Shown one piece after another: positions 47,531-58,179 of a stretch of DNA of 64,000 nt (positions within the stretch are counted from its first letter, which is position 1; each line of letters starts with the position of its first letter). Made by a program: the position numbers and the translations under genes. This stretch comes from a virus: positions 114,479 through 178,478 of IMG/VR virus record IMGVR_UViG_3300042197_002762; one strand, 5' to 3'. The notes beneath the pieces were generated by a model. That model saw nothing but the letters and a program-made list of their open reading frames with translations. It was not told where the DNA came from and did no database searches.

Positions 47531-50500
47531 TTACCATGTTTTATTTTTACAGCAAGCTGAGATGTAAGGCATAAAAAATTTTGTAATTGTAGTATTTGCT
47601 CCAGATTTAAAAATTTTATATGAAAGTCTTTTGCTCGCATATGAAATATAAACAGTACTTATATTCCCACTTTGGAAAGTATTGTAGTAATTATCTCTAT
47701 AATAAAATGGTAAATTATTTAAACTTCCGAAAGTAGAATAACTACCAATTGTAGAACCAAAACGCCCTGTAATTTTTTCTTTATCTTCTAAATCGAAAAC
47801 AAATTGCCCACCACTGCTTAGATTAAAAATTCCGCTTACTTTATTAAAATTATATCCAGTATTTTTATATAACATATATGAGAAAGGATCTATAAAAGCA
47901 TTTACATTGTGACTATATAAATTTGTTATTCCAAAATTATAAAAATTTCTCGTTGGAGATGAGGACCAAGTCCCAGTAAACCAATATTGGGTTGGTAAAA
48001 TATTTGGCATTGTTTGGCAATTTTGTATTCGTAAAAAATTAAAATTAGTATCTAAAATACTCCAAATATTTGTACCTGAATCAAAACATCTTGCGCCTGT
48101 AATTCTAAATTCAGGGTTTGCAAAAATACATTTTTCACCACTTATACAATTTAAACCGCTATACTGACCACTTTGAATTTTTTTATTTTCATAAATACCT
48201 TGTACATTTAATACATTATTATTATTTAATGTATTATTTGTAATAAATAAAAATTCATTACCAGTAAGATTATTTAAATTGAAATTAACTTCTTCATCAA
48301 AAAACTTATTTAAATAATTTCTATTGATATCTATAGAAATATTTTTTAAATTATCTAAATTATTTCCTAACGGCTTATATACTTTTCGCGCTTGCTGTAA
48401 AGTATTTATACCAGTATTAGAAAAGCTATTTATAGTAGATCCCCAATAATAAAATCCACTATTAAAATTTTGTGGCAGTCTTGTTATATAAAAATCAGTA
48501 TAATTATCATCCCTAAAAGCTCTAAATAAAAATAATCTATTTTCATTAACAATATTAGTATAGAAAAATTTCTTATCAAAATATGTTTCATATAAATCAG
48601 GAAACATATCAGATAATCCAATATTATCTGGAAATAATTCACTTGTGCCGCTACTACTTAGCATGCCGCCGGAATAAAATCTTAAGTTATTTATTTCGGG
48701 ATCAGAACTAAAGGCTTGATATACATAAACTGGATAAATAAGAGTATTGCCAGCGCAATGCCCGAAATTCATTTCCGGTAGAGGTAGGGCCGCATCTGTT
48801 ACTGGTGGTGGATTCATAACAGAGTTATCACCTAATCTCCAACCAGTTACTGGTGGTAATTTGCCTGGATCTTCATCTACACCTTGTCTTCCAGTTGCGC
48901 TATACCAAGTAAATGGGCCATTGTATAAATTTTCAACTGCCCTCCATGCGCTAGGCAAGCTATTTTTATAAATATAAAAGTTTGGATTTTGATCATTTCT
49001 AAATCCTACCCTTGGAGTTCCAGCTATCGTAAATATCCCACTAGTATAAGTTCCAGCAAAACCAGTAATTCCAGGAGTATTATAAACATGTAATTTATTT
49101 ATATACGGACCTACATTTGTACCACCGCCAGTAGAATTTTCATCTTTATTTAAAGTAAATATTCTTACAGAACCAGTCCATGCACTTACCCCATTATAGT
49201 TACCATATATAGAATCATTTTCATTTGTAATAAAAGAATTAGTGGGAGATGTAAGATTTGTACCAACGCTATCCAAATCTGAAATTATCCATCTTTTCAT
49301 TACTGGATTGTTCCAAATTGCATATTGATATTTTTCACTTATATAAGTTTCTATATTGGTCAAACTTGTTGGATTGTAAATATTAATTGCGCCAAATCCG
49401 CTTAATTTTGGAGCGCTTGCTATGACTGTTTCATTGTAAATATCTACATTTTTACCTAAATTTATTTCAGGAGATGCTGTTCCAGTAAAGCTTTTACTTA
49501 AAGTCCACCCATTTTCTTTTGATCCAGTATAAATAAATATTCGACCAATCCCATTATCTCCAAGATTTACATCTCCAGGAGAGCCTACAACAATTGTCGT
49601 ATCTTTAATACTTACTGAATTTGCAAATTCGGATTGTAAACCAAACCCAGATATTTGTTGCTTGAATCGAAGTGGGCTTAGAATATTTCTACCCGTATAT
49701 ATATTTGCATATCCGCCAACTGATCCACCCAAACGGTTACCTAAAACAAGTATGTCGCCGTTTCTATTAATAGAAACACTCGAACCGTCAAACTGGGAGC
49801 CAGATAATTTTTGATCAAATGCCCATCCAGTTAAAAATGTTTGTCTATAAACTAAAGCTCCACTAGAACTTGGTGTTCCAATAACTATATAACTAGCAAA
49901 AATATTTTGTGAAGTACGTATCGTATCACTCATGGCAATACTTGCATTTGAACTAATAATATCTGGATGTGTTATTGTTTGATATAATCTATATCCAGTT
50001 ACAGTGTATTGGTAGACAGATACTTTCTTATCTTCTGTTGCGGCTAAATAACTCGGCCCAGAAGAAAAAGGATTCGCTTCATTTATTACGATATTTCTTG
50101 CAAAACCAGAATTTATAGATGTTCCCGTTATAGTTTGGAATAAATTCCAACCACTAGTAGGGTTACCAGTATAAACAAATATAAACCCAGGGCTTCCATT
50201 TATTCCACATGAACTTGTTGCTATGATACTACCATTTGAAGTTAATGCGGAACTATATCCAGCTGGGTTTGTTATTCCACTTGGATGTGGAATTGTTTGT
50301 CTTAATGCCCAATTTTGCCCAGAAACGCCAGTAAAAATAAATAAACCAGTATTTGGAACATTGAATGTTGAATTTTTAGTAACAATAATAACATTTCCAT
50401 TATTACTGATACGCATTGAATCTTCTCCAAATCTATAATTGTTTAAATTTGAACCGGTTAAAACTTGGGTTACATCATAGTTATTTGAACCAGGTATAAA

Positions 50501-50782
50501 TATTGGCGTATCATCAACTTTATTAAATTTTAAACCTGAAAGATTGGGTGTCCCATTACCACTTGCGATTAAATCATATGCATTTGGAGTTACAAAAACT
50601 TTGGATGCATCATCATCTATTTGGACTATTATACCATTTAGTAATTCATCTGAACTTAAACCGCTGGGCATTGCAAAACCCCTGTCAGAATAAATTGTAA
50701 AACTATTATTTTTTAATTGTCTTCCTAAATTTTTATATTGAATAAATGTTTTTTTCATTAAAATGTATCTTTCTTTTCCCAC
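47531..50782 (-). CDS. large tail/fibre-type protein with FG-GAP-like beta-propeller
   Basis: Repeated G.S.AI..DG..IVVG(S/A)P..G.IFIYTG motifs; 1083 aa. Confidence 0.7.
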   Translation of the reverse strand: MGKERYILMKKTFIQYKNLGRQLKNNSFTIYSDRGFAMPSGLSSDELLNGIIVQIDDDASKVFVTPNAYDLIASGNGTPNLSGLKFNKVDDTPIFIPGSNNYDVTQVLTGSNLNNYRFGEDSMRISNNGNVIIVTKNSTFNVPNTGLFIFTGVSGQNWALRQTIPHPSGITNPAGYSSALTSNGSIIATSSCGINGSPGFIFVYTGNPTSGWNLFQTITGTSINSGFARNIVINEANPFSSGPSYLAATEDKKVSVYQYTVTGYRLYQTITHPDIISSNASIAMSDTIRTSQNIFASYIVIGTPSSSGALVYRQTFLTGWAFDQKLSGSQFDGSSVSINRNGDILVLGNRLGGSVGGYANIYTGRNILSPLRFKQQISGFGLQSEFANSVSIKDTTIVVGSPGDVNLGDNGIGRIFIYTGSKENGWTLSKSFTGTASPEINLGKNVDIYNETVIASAPKLSGFGAINIYNPTSLTNIETYISEKYQYAIWNNPVMKRWIISDLDSVGTNLTSPTNSFITNENDSIYGNYNGVSAWTGSVRIFTLNKDENSTGGGTNVGPYINKLHVYNTPGITGFAGTYTSGIFTIAGTPRVGFRNDQNPNFYIYKNSLPSAWRAVENLYNGPFTWYSATGRQGVDEDPGKLPPVTGWRLGDNSVMNPPPVTDAALPLPEMNFGHCAGNTLIYPVYVYQAFSSDPEINNLRFYSGGMLSSSGTSELFPDNIGLSDMFPDLYETYFDKKFFYTNIVNENRLFLFRAFRDDNYTDFYITRLPQNFNSGFYYWGSTINSFSNTGINTLQQARKVYKPLGNNLDNLKNISIDINRNYLNKFFDEEVNFNLNNLTGNEFLFITNNTLNNNNVLNVQGIYENKKIQSGQYSGLNCISGEKCIFANPEFRITGARCFDSGTNIWSILDTNFNFLRIQNCQTMPNILPTQYWFTGTWSSSPTRNFYNFGITNLYSHNVNAFIDPFSYMLYKNTGYNFNKVSGIFNLSSGGQFVFDLEDKEKITGRFGSTIGSYSTFGSLNNLPFYYRDNYYNTFQSGNISTVYISYASKRLSYKIFKSGANTTITKFFMPYISACCKNKTW

Positions 50783-52650
50783 TCAAATCCTGTTACAAAT
50801 TCTTGTTTTACACACTTATTTGTATCTGGGTCTATTATAAAAATATAAAATTTATCATCTTCTTTTGGATCTGGAGCGTCTGGGGCCAAAGAAGGTCCAT
50901 ATACTAAAAATTTTTGTTTTTTACGTTTGCCATCTGAAATTATTTCATATTCTTTAATGTGAGCTTCTGACTGGTTGTTCGTACCCCCAGATTCACTATC
51001 ATCTTGGACATAAAGAATAGCATTTCTTTTTCCATTTCTATCACAAACTTCGAATTCTTCACAATGACATTCTGGAATTGGGTCTGATGGTAAAAATGAT
51101 TCGGGATTATTCTGCCCATCCTTTTTAATTTTTAACTCGTATTTTCCAACTGACCCATATTCAGACCAGCCCGTATCAGGAGTTTCTTCAAAATCACCTT
51201 TAATCATTAAATAAATTATAGAAGTTTCGTATAAATTAACATTTAATGTCACAGGCATAAAATGATCATCTATATCTTCATTTTGAAATTGTTTATATTC
51301 ATCAGGGAGACATGCGTTATATGAAATGCATTGTGTATCAGCATTTTCTGGATAAATAGTCGGCAAATTATCTTGATTGCATCTAGGATTATTTTTTTCT
51401 TTAGACTGGTGAGCATGACAATTTAAAATATTCATGCTGACATCTAACATAGAACCATCTTTTACTGCCTGAGTATTGTCTATTTCAAAAGAATATTGTC
51501 CTTTTGGTAACAAAACCTTTAAAATATCAAAATCATAAGGAAAGCCGATCATACCTTCTATCATTTTATTACTGTCTTTGGTAACAACATCTGATTTTGT
51601 TAATATTCGTATGTTATAACCTTCTTTTACTGGCCAACATTCGTCTCTATAATTTAAAAAATTATTTGCATATGGCCAAAGCATATTCTTACGTGGTTTT
51701 TTTATAAAATCTAATTGATCATAAATTATTTTTATGTCATCTTCTGGATTTCCATTTTGAGAAAATTCTCCTTTATCCCACTGTGTTAAAGTTTTTATTG
51801 CGTCTTGGGAAAAGAGACTTCCCATAATAGGCGCCCAATTATTATGTCCATAATAATACTCGGCGCTTCTTGGACTTGCGTTATTTTCAGTATCATGCCA
51901 TAATCCCATTAAATGCCCAATTTCATGAGCCGCTGTCATGCCAGCTTTGTATGCAGTATTAATATCAAGTTGATTGTTTTGTTCAACAAGAGTCCCATCT
52001 GTTAACGCCACCATTTGCTGAACACTAGCAGTTCTCCAAACAACACAAGGTTGACTGTAAGGAAAATAAATAAAACCACCAAGCAAACCAGGATTTATAG
52101 CCAATCCATTTTTTTCCCAGAATTCTAAATAAACATTTATTTGTCTTCTTATTGGATTCATAACAGTCGTTAATGGTGTATTTGGAAGAGACAATAATAA
52201 TCTTCTATAGGAATATGGCCATGCAGTATTTTCTGAAGTACTATTTTTTAAATTATTAAATTCTTGCGCGGTGGGCTTTTCTGTGATAACACAAGCATAT
52301 CTATTTAAAATCGAATATGATTCAAAAATACTTTCTGAAGTTGTCACATTAACGTCAAATATTTCATATTTTTGGGAAACAATATTAAAAATAATTTCTT
52401 GTTCATTTGCCGTATATTTTGATTCTGGAAAATTTACATAAGGTAACCAAGTACCCAAACCTGGAATTCCAGGAATTGGTTGTTTAAAAAAACCATGCAA
52501 ACCTATCCATGTTCCATCCGTATCTATGATATTAGCTAAAGATGACCATCCAAAATTTGTAATAAAAAGATCTGGAGTGGCTGGGCCGTAAGCAGTATAG
52601 CCATTAAAAGCTAAATAAATACATTTTGGAGCATTTGGTTTACTTTGCAT
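50758..52650 (-). CDS. metzincin Zn metalloprotease, paralog 2
   Basis: HEIGHLMGLWH and WAPIMG; collinear with paralog 1. Confidence 0.85.
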   Translation of the reverse strand: MQSKPNAPKCIYLAFNGYTAYGPATPDLFITNFGWSSLANIIDTDGTWIGLHGFFKQPIPGIPGLGTWLPYVNFPESKYTANEQEIIFNIVSQKYEIFDVNVTTSESIFESYSILNRYACVITEKPTAQEFNNLKNSTSENTAWPYSYRRLLLSLPNTPLTTVMNPIRRQINVYLEFWEKNGLAINPGLLGGFIYFPYSQPCVVWRTASVQQMVALTDGTLVEQNNQLDINTAYKAGMTAAHEIGHLMGLWHDTENNASPRSAEYYYGHNNWAPIMGSLFSQDAIKTLTQWDKGEFSQNGNPEDDIKIIYDQLDFIKKPRKNMLWPYANNFLNYRDECWPVKEGYNIRILTKSDVVTKDSNKMIEGMIGFPYDFDILKVLLPKGQYSFEIDNTQAVKDGSMLDVSMNILNCHAHQSKEKNNPRCNQDNLPTIYPENADTQCISYNACLPDEYKQFQNEDIDDHFMPVTLNVNLYETSIIYLMIKGDFEETPDTGWSEYGSVGKYELKIKKDGQNNPESFLPSDPIPECHCEEFEVCDRNGKRNAILYVQDDSESGGTNNQSEAHIKEYEIISDGKRKKQKFLVYGPSLAPDAPDPKEDDKFYIFIIDPDTNKCVKQEFVTGFEWEKKDTF

Positions 52651-52656
52651 AATTTT

Positions 52657-53565
52657 TTAACATTTCCACACTAAATTTTGATATTGAGATGTTGAGCCGT
52701 TTGAAAATCCAGAAGCATTAACAATAATTATATTCGTATTACTACCATAATTAATCATATATAAGTTTTGATCTTGTCCAGATGAAACAAATAAGAAATC
52801 ACTACCACCTCTGTCCACAAGCGGGACCGCCCTAATTCTAAAAAATAAATTGCCTCCAGCCAAAGTGCTTAATGGTATATAAAATTCAACTCTTAAAAAA
52901 CCTATAGAAACCCCAGATTGATTGGGGGCCGTACTGTAATTAACTCCAGTAGTTAACCAGCCACTTGATAAATTTCTAGTATATTGAGTTTCATATTCAA
53001 AACCTTCTAACGCTCTAACAAATTGAAACCTCCCACTTTGCCCAATAACACTAACTATGGGCGTTTGGGTTTCAAAAGAAGTTCCGAAAGGATCGTAAAA
53101 TATCTCCGAAAAATAACCAAAAGTATTAGTCGTATTTCCATTACCAGATCTAGCTAAAATTGTGTAACGATATGGCTTATCAAATAAATTATAAATTGTG
53201 CTACCACTTATCGGTAGATTTGATAATTTACTAAATAAACCAGAAATACCAATAGCGTCAGAAGATTGTTGAGCAGGCAAGATTAAATCGTTTTCATCTC
53301 TTACCGAATTATTTAATGTAGTCGGAAATTCAGAAGCTAAAATCATGGGCATAAAATATTCGCAAGGTTTTGGCCAATCAATCTCAGCTATTGAGCTAGT
53401 AGATAGTTGATTTAAAACATTAAATTCTCCTGTTTGAGATAAAGAATTAACCCCACTTGTTGAAATTTTATTAAATTCAGTCTCAATAGTATCAGATAAT
53501 TCAAATAGAGATCCCATATCTGGAAGCCCTAAAACAATACCTAATTTTCTATTACCGGTAAACAT
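52657..53565 (-). CDS. putative structural protein
   Basis: SG/TG-rich and beta-rich, in the late operon. Confidence 0.5.
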   Translation of the reverse strand: MFTGNRKLGIVLGLPDMGSLFELSDTIETEFNKISTSGVNSLSQTGEFNVLNQLSTSSIAEIDWPKPCEYFMPMILASEFPTTLNNSVRDENDLILPAQQSSDAIGISGLFSKLSNLPISGSTIYNLFDKPYRYTILARSGNGNTTNTFGYFSEIFYDPFGTSFETQTPIVSVIGQSGRFQFVRALEGFEYETQYTRNLSSGWLTTGVNYSTAPNQSGVSIGFLRVEFYIPLSTLAGGNLFFRIRAVPLVDRGGSDFLFVSSGQDQNLYMINYGSNTNIIIVNASGFSNGSTSQYQNLVWKC

Positions 53566-53569
53566 TAAA

Positions 53570-53845
53570 TTAAATTTCTGATAAAGGAATTCTTTTCCAA
53601 GTATTTAAATCAGTGCAAATATAAAAATATTCATTATCGACCGCAATATTTCCAATTTTACCATTAGATTGCGAATCTTTTGGAGGGGAGACTAAAAGAG
53701 ATACGATAGTTCTTAAACTATTCAACTTAGAATTTAATGTAGAAGCAAAATAATTAATTCTTGTTGATTCTGACGACTGATCTGCGTATGTAATACCTAA
53801 TTTTTTATAATCGGCGCGTGTTAACATCCTTTTAATTACACTCAT
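53570..53845 (-). CDS. small tail-fibre-associated domain protein (start probably ATG 53827)
   Basis: GKIGNIAVDNEYFYICTDLNTWKRIPL motif; GTGTAA at 53836-53841. Confidence 0.6.
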   Translation of the reverse strand: MSVIKRMLTRADYKKLGITYADQSSESTRINYFASTLNSKLNSLRTIVSLLVSPPKDSQSNGKIGNIAVDNEYFYICTDLNTWKRIPLSEI

Positions 53846-53892
53846 TTAAGTTAAAATTTGACTTTTTTTAAAAAAAAACACATAATAAAACT

Positions 53893-54537
53893 ATGTGTAA
53901 AATTCATAAAAACAATCCACGGGACTGTTTTAGAAATTTTACAGAGTTAGAATTTCCAAAAGATGATAATAAAATTCTAAAATATAGCGCAAAAATCTTA
54001 AAACAAAAAATTAAATGTGATTTTATTCTATTAAAAATATTGATGGTAAGATTAAGGAGGTCGTCAAGTAAAGAAGACTGGAAACTTTTCAAAGTTATTT
54101 TAAACAAAAATTTAAATACAATTCTAGAGTCTGAAGAAAATTATTTAAATATCAGATGGATTATTTCAATTTTAGAAACATTTATTGATTTTGGAGACGA
54201 TACTGAATCGAGAAATGCCTTAATTGCTGTTAGTTTCCATAGAAATGAGAAATTTTTTTCTACTTTTTTAGATTTTTTTGAAATTTCTGTAAAAACTACC
54301 TACGAGCACGATCAAAGTCGATATATAATTGGAATGCCGCTCAATGATAAAACAGATTTACCGCAAAAATATTTTGAAAGAGTTCGAGATAAAATGACAA
54401 AAACGCCAATAATTTTTGATCTTTTTAAAAAAATGATGTCCTATTTAATAAGGAATGAAGAAACATTATTTCATATTTTATCTAATAAAGGGCAAGATAA
54501 AAATTTTAAAATACCCGCGCAAACTTTATTAACATGA
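53893..54537 (+). CDS. hypothetical protein
   Basis: RWIISILETFIDFG motif; leaderless promoter at 53858-53886. Confidence 0.55.
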   Translation: MCKIHKNNPRDCFRNFTELEFPKDDNKILKYSAKILKQKIKCDFILLKILMVRLRRSSSKEDWKLFKVILNKNLNTILESEENYLNIRWIISILETFIDFGDDTESRNALIAVSFHRNEKFFSTFLDFFEISVKTTYEHDQSRYIIGMPLNDKTDLPQKYFERVRDKMTKTPIIFDLFKKMMSYLIRNEETLFHILSNKGQDKNFKIPAQTLLT

Positions 54538-55042
54538 AACCATATTATCAAGTTTCCTATTGGAACAAACTGTTCAAATTGTGGATTCCCCATGATTTAA
54601 AAAAATATTCTTCTTTACAAGCCGCACAAAAGGCTGTAGACTCCTATAAAGAACACAAATTAGGAGTAAAATTTAGAATCCAAAAAATAGAAATAATAAA
54701 AATAAAATGAACTCAAAAACTGGAAAAGTAACACGTTTCATAGATATGCACAGTGGAGGCAAACTTAAAACGCCATTTACGCATATTTATGTTGATGCGC
54801 CGCTTGATAAGGCGCTAGATATATTCAAGGATACGTTTAAACGTGATCCCAATAATGTCACTTGCAAATGTTGTGGCGAAGATTTCGTATATGAAGAATA
54901 CAGTTCTTTGGAAGAAGCCACCGCATATGATCGTAAAGCAGGGTGGGATGATATTAAACAAAGATATTCCGATAAAACTGCTAAGATTTCAGTAGAAGAA
55001 TATTTTAGCGGTAAGAATAAAGTTATTCTCATTACAGAATGA
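54534..55042 (+). CDS. two hypothetical ORFs (54534-54710, 54707-55042 with CxCCG)
   Basis: ATGA-coupled; the first was read manually. Confidence 0.5.
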
Positions 55043-55443
55043 AGACAATCCAAAAATTGCGTTCTATTATTAATAAAATTAATTTTAGAAAGCACGAACA
55101 AACAGGTAGCGCAACCGTGCGCTACTATGTGCAAATTACCGGAAAGTATGGCGTAAAGTTTTACAGTAGAAAACGTGCTATGGAAGAAGGTTTTTTCCGT
55201 CAAAACGCGGCGCATTTTGCTGGTTTCGGACCCAAAGCACTTTTTAAAGGGCAGAAAAAAGGTTATTACTATTATGTTACAGAACATGCTGATCAAAGAG
55301 GTCTTAGTAACAATGATCTAACCGTAGTAAGACAAAACGTAGCAAAAATGGGATGGTCTACTTATGATCTTTACCGCGATAATGTCGGTAAAATAAAAGG
55401 TCGCCCAGTCTTAATTGATTTTGATACTTGCACAATTGGATAA
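55039..55443 (+). CDS. minimal protein-kinase-like fold protein
   Basis: GSAT..VKF..GPK..YYVTE..DLYRDNVG..VLIDFD. Confidence 0.6.
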   Translation: MKTIQKLRSIINKINFRKHEQTGSATVRYYVQITGKYGVKFYSRKRAMEEGFFRQNAAHFAGFGPKALFKGQKKGYYYYVTEHADQRGLSNNDLTVVRQNVAKMGWSTYDLYRDNVGKIKGRPVLIDFDTCTIG

Positions 55444-55446
55444 TTT

Positions 55447-55912
55447 ATGAAAAAACTAAATTGGAAAAAAAAGCAATATGATGATTTGACCATATGGATG
55501 GCCGAAGTTAAAACTGTCGGGTGGCAATTTTCTATTGAGAAAATAAAAGAAAAGAAATACGAAGCTTTTGTTTATTATGGACATGGAGAAGATCATCCAA
55601 TTTTTCCGCAAGGGGTTTACCTTCCATGCCTAGCTGAAGCACAAAGAGTGTGCAATGAATGGCTAGAAAATACAATTCTTGGTCTTAATAAATGGATTTA
55701 ATATGAATAAAATAATCGAAATAATTAGTATACTATTGGTATCAATTGCCGTTATTATTATTACAGCTTTTGCTTTTGGACTGCCAATTTCTTGGCTGTG
55801 GAACCTGTTTTGCCCAAAAATTTTTGGCTTGCCAGCGATTGATTGGATAGACGGCACAATATTGTACGCCATTTCCAGGGTTTTATTTGCAACGCATTAT
55901 TCATCAAATTAA
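55447..55912 (+). CDS. two small hypothetical ORFs (55447-55701; 55679-55912 membrane)
   Basis: Coupled ORFs. Confidence 0.5.
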
Positions 55913-56324
55913 AATGGTAGAAAATAATAAAACGAGATATTTGGTTCGTTTCCGCGCTTTTAACCGCGACAATGGGACACTTTATAAGTGGGATATGTTT
56001 GAAGGGTATCCACTTAAAAGTATTAATGCAACATGCCCACAAGAATATACTGGGGTAGTAGATAAAAATTTAAATGATATTTATGTTGGTGACATTGTAA
56101 ACTACAATGGGCAAAATTATCTCGTTCGTTTTCGTTATGGTGCTTACATGCTTTGGAAACTTGAAAATATTTCAACTCTAAAATTTTGGTGGTTCCATGA
56201 CGTTTTTGATAAATTCGGAGAAATGGAGGTTGTTGGTAATACCTTTGAACACGCTCCTTATTTGGTTGAGTGCCTTAACAAACAAAATGAGTTTGAAATG
56301 GGCTTAACAGACCAAATTATTTAA
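55887..56324 (+). CDS. YopX-family protein
   Basis: RFRAF..QEYTG..DKN..IYVGDIV..EVVGN.FE motifs. Confidence 0.8.
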   Translation: MQRIIHQIKMVENNKTRYLVRFRAFNRDNGTLYKWDMFEGYPLKSINATCPQEYTGVVDKNLNDIYVGDIVNYNGQNYLVRFRYGAYMLWKLENISTLKFWWFHDVFDKFGEMEVVGNTFEHAPYLVECLNKQNEFEMGLTDQII

Positions 56325-57113
56325 TTTGGTAGTAATATTAAATTTTTGAAAAACTTGAGTAAAATAAATAAATTCAGGGCAATATTTTAAAAACTTTCTA
56401 AATTGGGATTCTTTACAATATTTATCTAAATTATGTACAGCAAAAGTGTCTTTTAGATAATTTGTATGTGTACAAAAATTTGTAGCAAATTCATCTAAAG
56501 CTACTTTGTATACAGGGGTATCCTTGGTAGAATTTATTATTAACATTCCCATCACAAAATATAGATCCTCAAAATAAGTTCTAAAAGACATTCTTGTAGC
56601 TATTCTCCAATCTTTTGAAGGTAAAGGGGGAAATGTATCGATAACTTCTAATAAAGTTTGGACTTTTCTCAATGAGAAACCGCCATTAAAACATTGATAA
56701 TCTGAAAAATTATGCAAACCATGAGTGTCTCTCCACCACCATTTTTTAGGTGTATAACCGCCTATATAATCATAATGTAAAAAATCTTCAATTTTAAATT
56801 TTGATTTAGTGCATAAGCACCCATCTGTTTGTAAAGTTAAAACATGGGTAAAATCAGAAAAATTTTCCCAAAATTTTCTAGTTTTTAAAAAATCACTATG
56901 AGTAACTCCGGTAAAATTGTCTACACCAATATTAATTATTTTAATAAAAGGATCATTATTAAATAATGATTGATAATAAGAATAATGAGAAGACCCGCAG
57001 AAAAAAAAGAGTTTTTTTTGAGGTAAAACGGTTTGAAAATTTTTGATTAATAAAGGAATATTATTTAATTTCCGTGGCTCAACCAAAACTCCACATATAT
57101 TTGTAGATGACAT
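56304..57113 (-). CDS. DUF5672-like glycosyltransferase-fold protein
   Basis: VLVEPR, QTDG, YDYIGG, NGGFSLR and EDLYF motifs. Confidence 0.75.
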   Translation of the reverse strand: MSSTNICGVLVEPRKLNNIPLLIKNFQTVLPQKKLFFFCGSSHYSYYQSLFNNDPFIKIINIGVDNFTGVTHSDFLKTRKFWENFSDFTHVLTLQTDGCLCTKSKFKIEDFLHYDYIGGYTPKKWWWRDTHGLHNFSDYQCFNGGFSLRKVQTLLEVIDTFPPLPSKDWRIATRMSFRTYFEDLYFVMGMLIINSTKDTPVYKVALDEFATNFCTHTNYLKDTFAVHNLDKYCKESQFRKFLKYCPEFIYFTQVFQKFNITTKLNNLVC

Positions 57114-57184
57114 ATAATCGATCTAATTACACTTTTTTTAAAAAATTCATTGACAAATCTATTAAAATGAATTAATATCAGGGC

Positions 57185-57469
57185 ATGATCACTAAAAAAC
57201 ACTATACAAAAGATGGCCGTCATCCCGAAGATGTTATCTATCAGGAGCGCCAATTCATCCGTGAGATTAACAGTATTGTTAATAACAAGTTTGATAAACT
57301 CGTAAAAGACCTTGGTCTTGACGAAGCTGGCGCAGATTGGTTGTTTGACTACATCTACAATTGCGACGATGAAACCATTTCTTTTGACGATTTTCTCAAT
57401 GAAGCTGGTCTTGAATACACAGATTTTGTTAAGCCTCGCGTTCGTTCATGGTGGTATTATAATGAATAA
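57185..57469 (+). CDS. hypothetical protein
   Basis: Leaderless promoter TTGACA-N17-TAATAT at 57150-57178. Confidence 0.55.
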   Translation: MITKKHYTKDGRHPEDVIYQERQFIREINSIVNNKFDKLVKDLGLDEAGADWLFDYIYNCDDETISFDDFLNEAGLEYTDFVKPRVRSWWYYNE

Positions 57470-57759
57470 AAAATTACCATACGATTTAACCCAAGAAGAA
57501 ATCCAAGATTTACGAAACCAAAAGAAAAGAATAAGCGAATTTGTTATGAAAAAGTTTAAAAAAGATGAATTCCTGTCGTCGGGCGAACCGCATGTTTTCA
57601 AAATGCGGCTTGATGACGGATATGCAACCTACGAATACGATCTTAACCTCAATGAAAATTGGTGTATGCACGATATTTACACCGAACTTGCCGCCGTGCT
57701 TAAACGTTACGGTTGCTCTATCGGTGTTGGCGAACTGTGCGGCGCTGGATATTTAGAAA

Positions 57760-58179
57760 ATGAAACACAGAAAAATTAAATTTCGTTTCTGGTGTCCTGC
57801 TGGAAAAGCATTCATCCGTGATTATAATTATAATGGCGCGGTAGATGAACTGTTTGATGAGAAAGAGTATGATGTTCTCATTCCACAATAATTTACTGGA
57901 TTGATTGATAAGAATGGTGTTGAAATTTATGAGGGCGACCTTATTAATTTCTCAGTTAATTATACTGTTTGTCTTGGAGATAAAGATATAATCGAATACA
58001 AAAATCAAGAAGTTTATTATGATGAAGAATATGCATCGTTTCTCTTTGGGAAAGATGGGGTTGGCATGCTTGATCGCATAATGGAAAACACAATGGAAGT
58101 TGTGGGACACGTTAATTCTGAAAAATATCAGAAGCTTTCCGACTTATTGAAAGAAAAGACTATTTTTAAAAATCAATAA
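57760..58179 (+). pseudogene. YopX-family gene with an in-frame TAA at 57889-57891
   Basis: MKHRKIKFRFW..IPQ*FTGLIDKNGVEIYEGD; the paralog at 63222 has PQQFTG. Confidence 0.8.

Noticed and set aside
57889-57891. Stop-codon recoding (alternative genetic code)
   Set aside because: Only one in-frame TAA was found. TAA, TAG and TGA all terminate genes normally, long ORFs are intact in code 11, and there is no suppressor tRNA.
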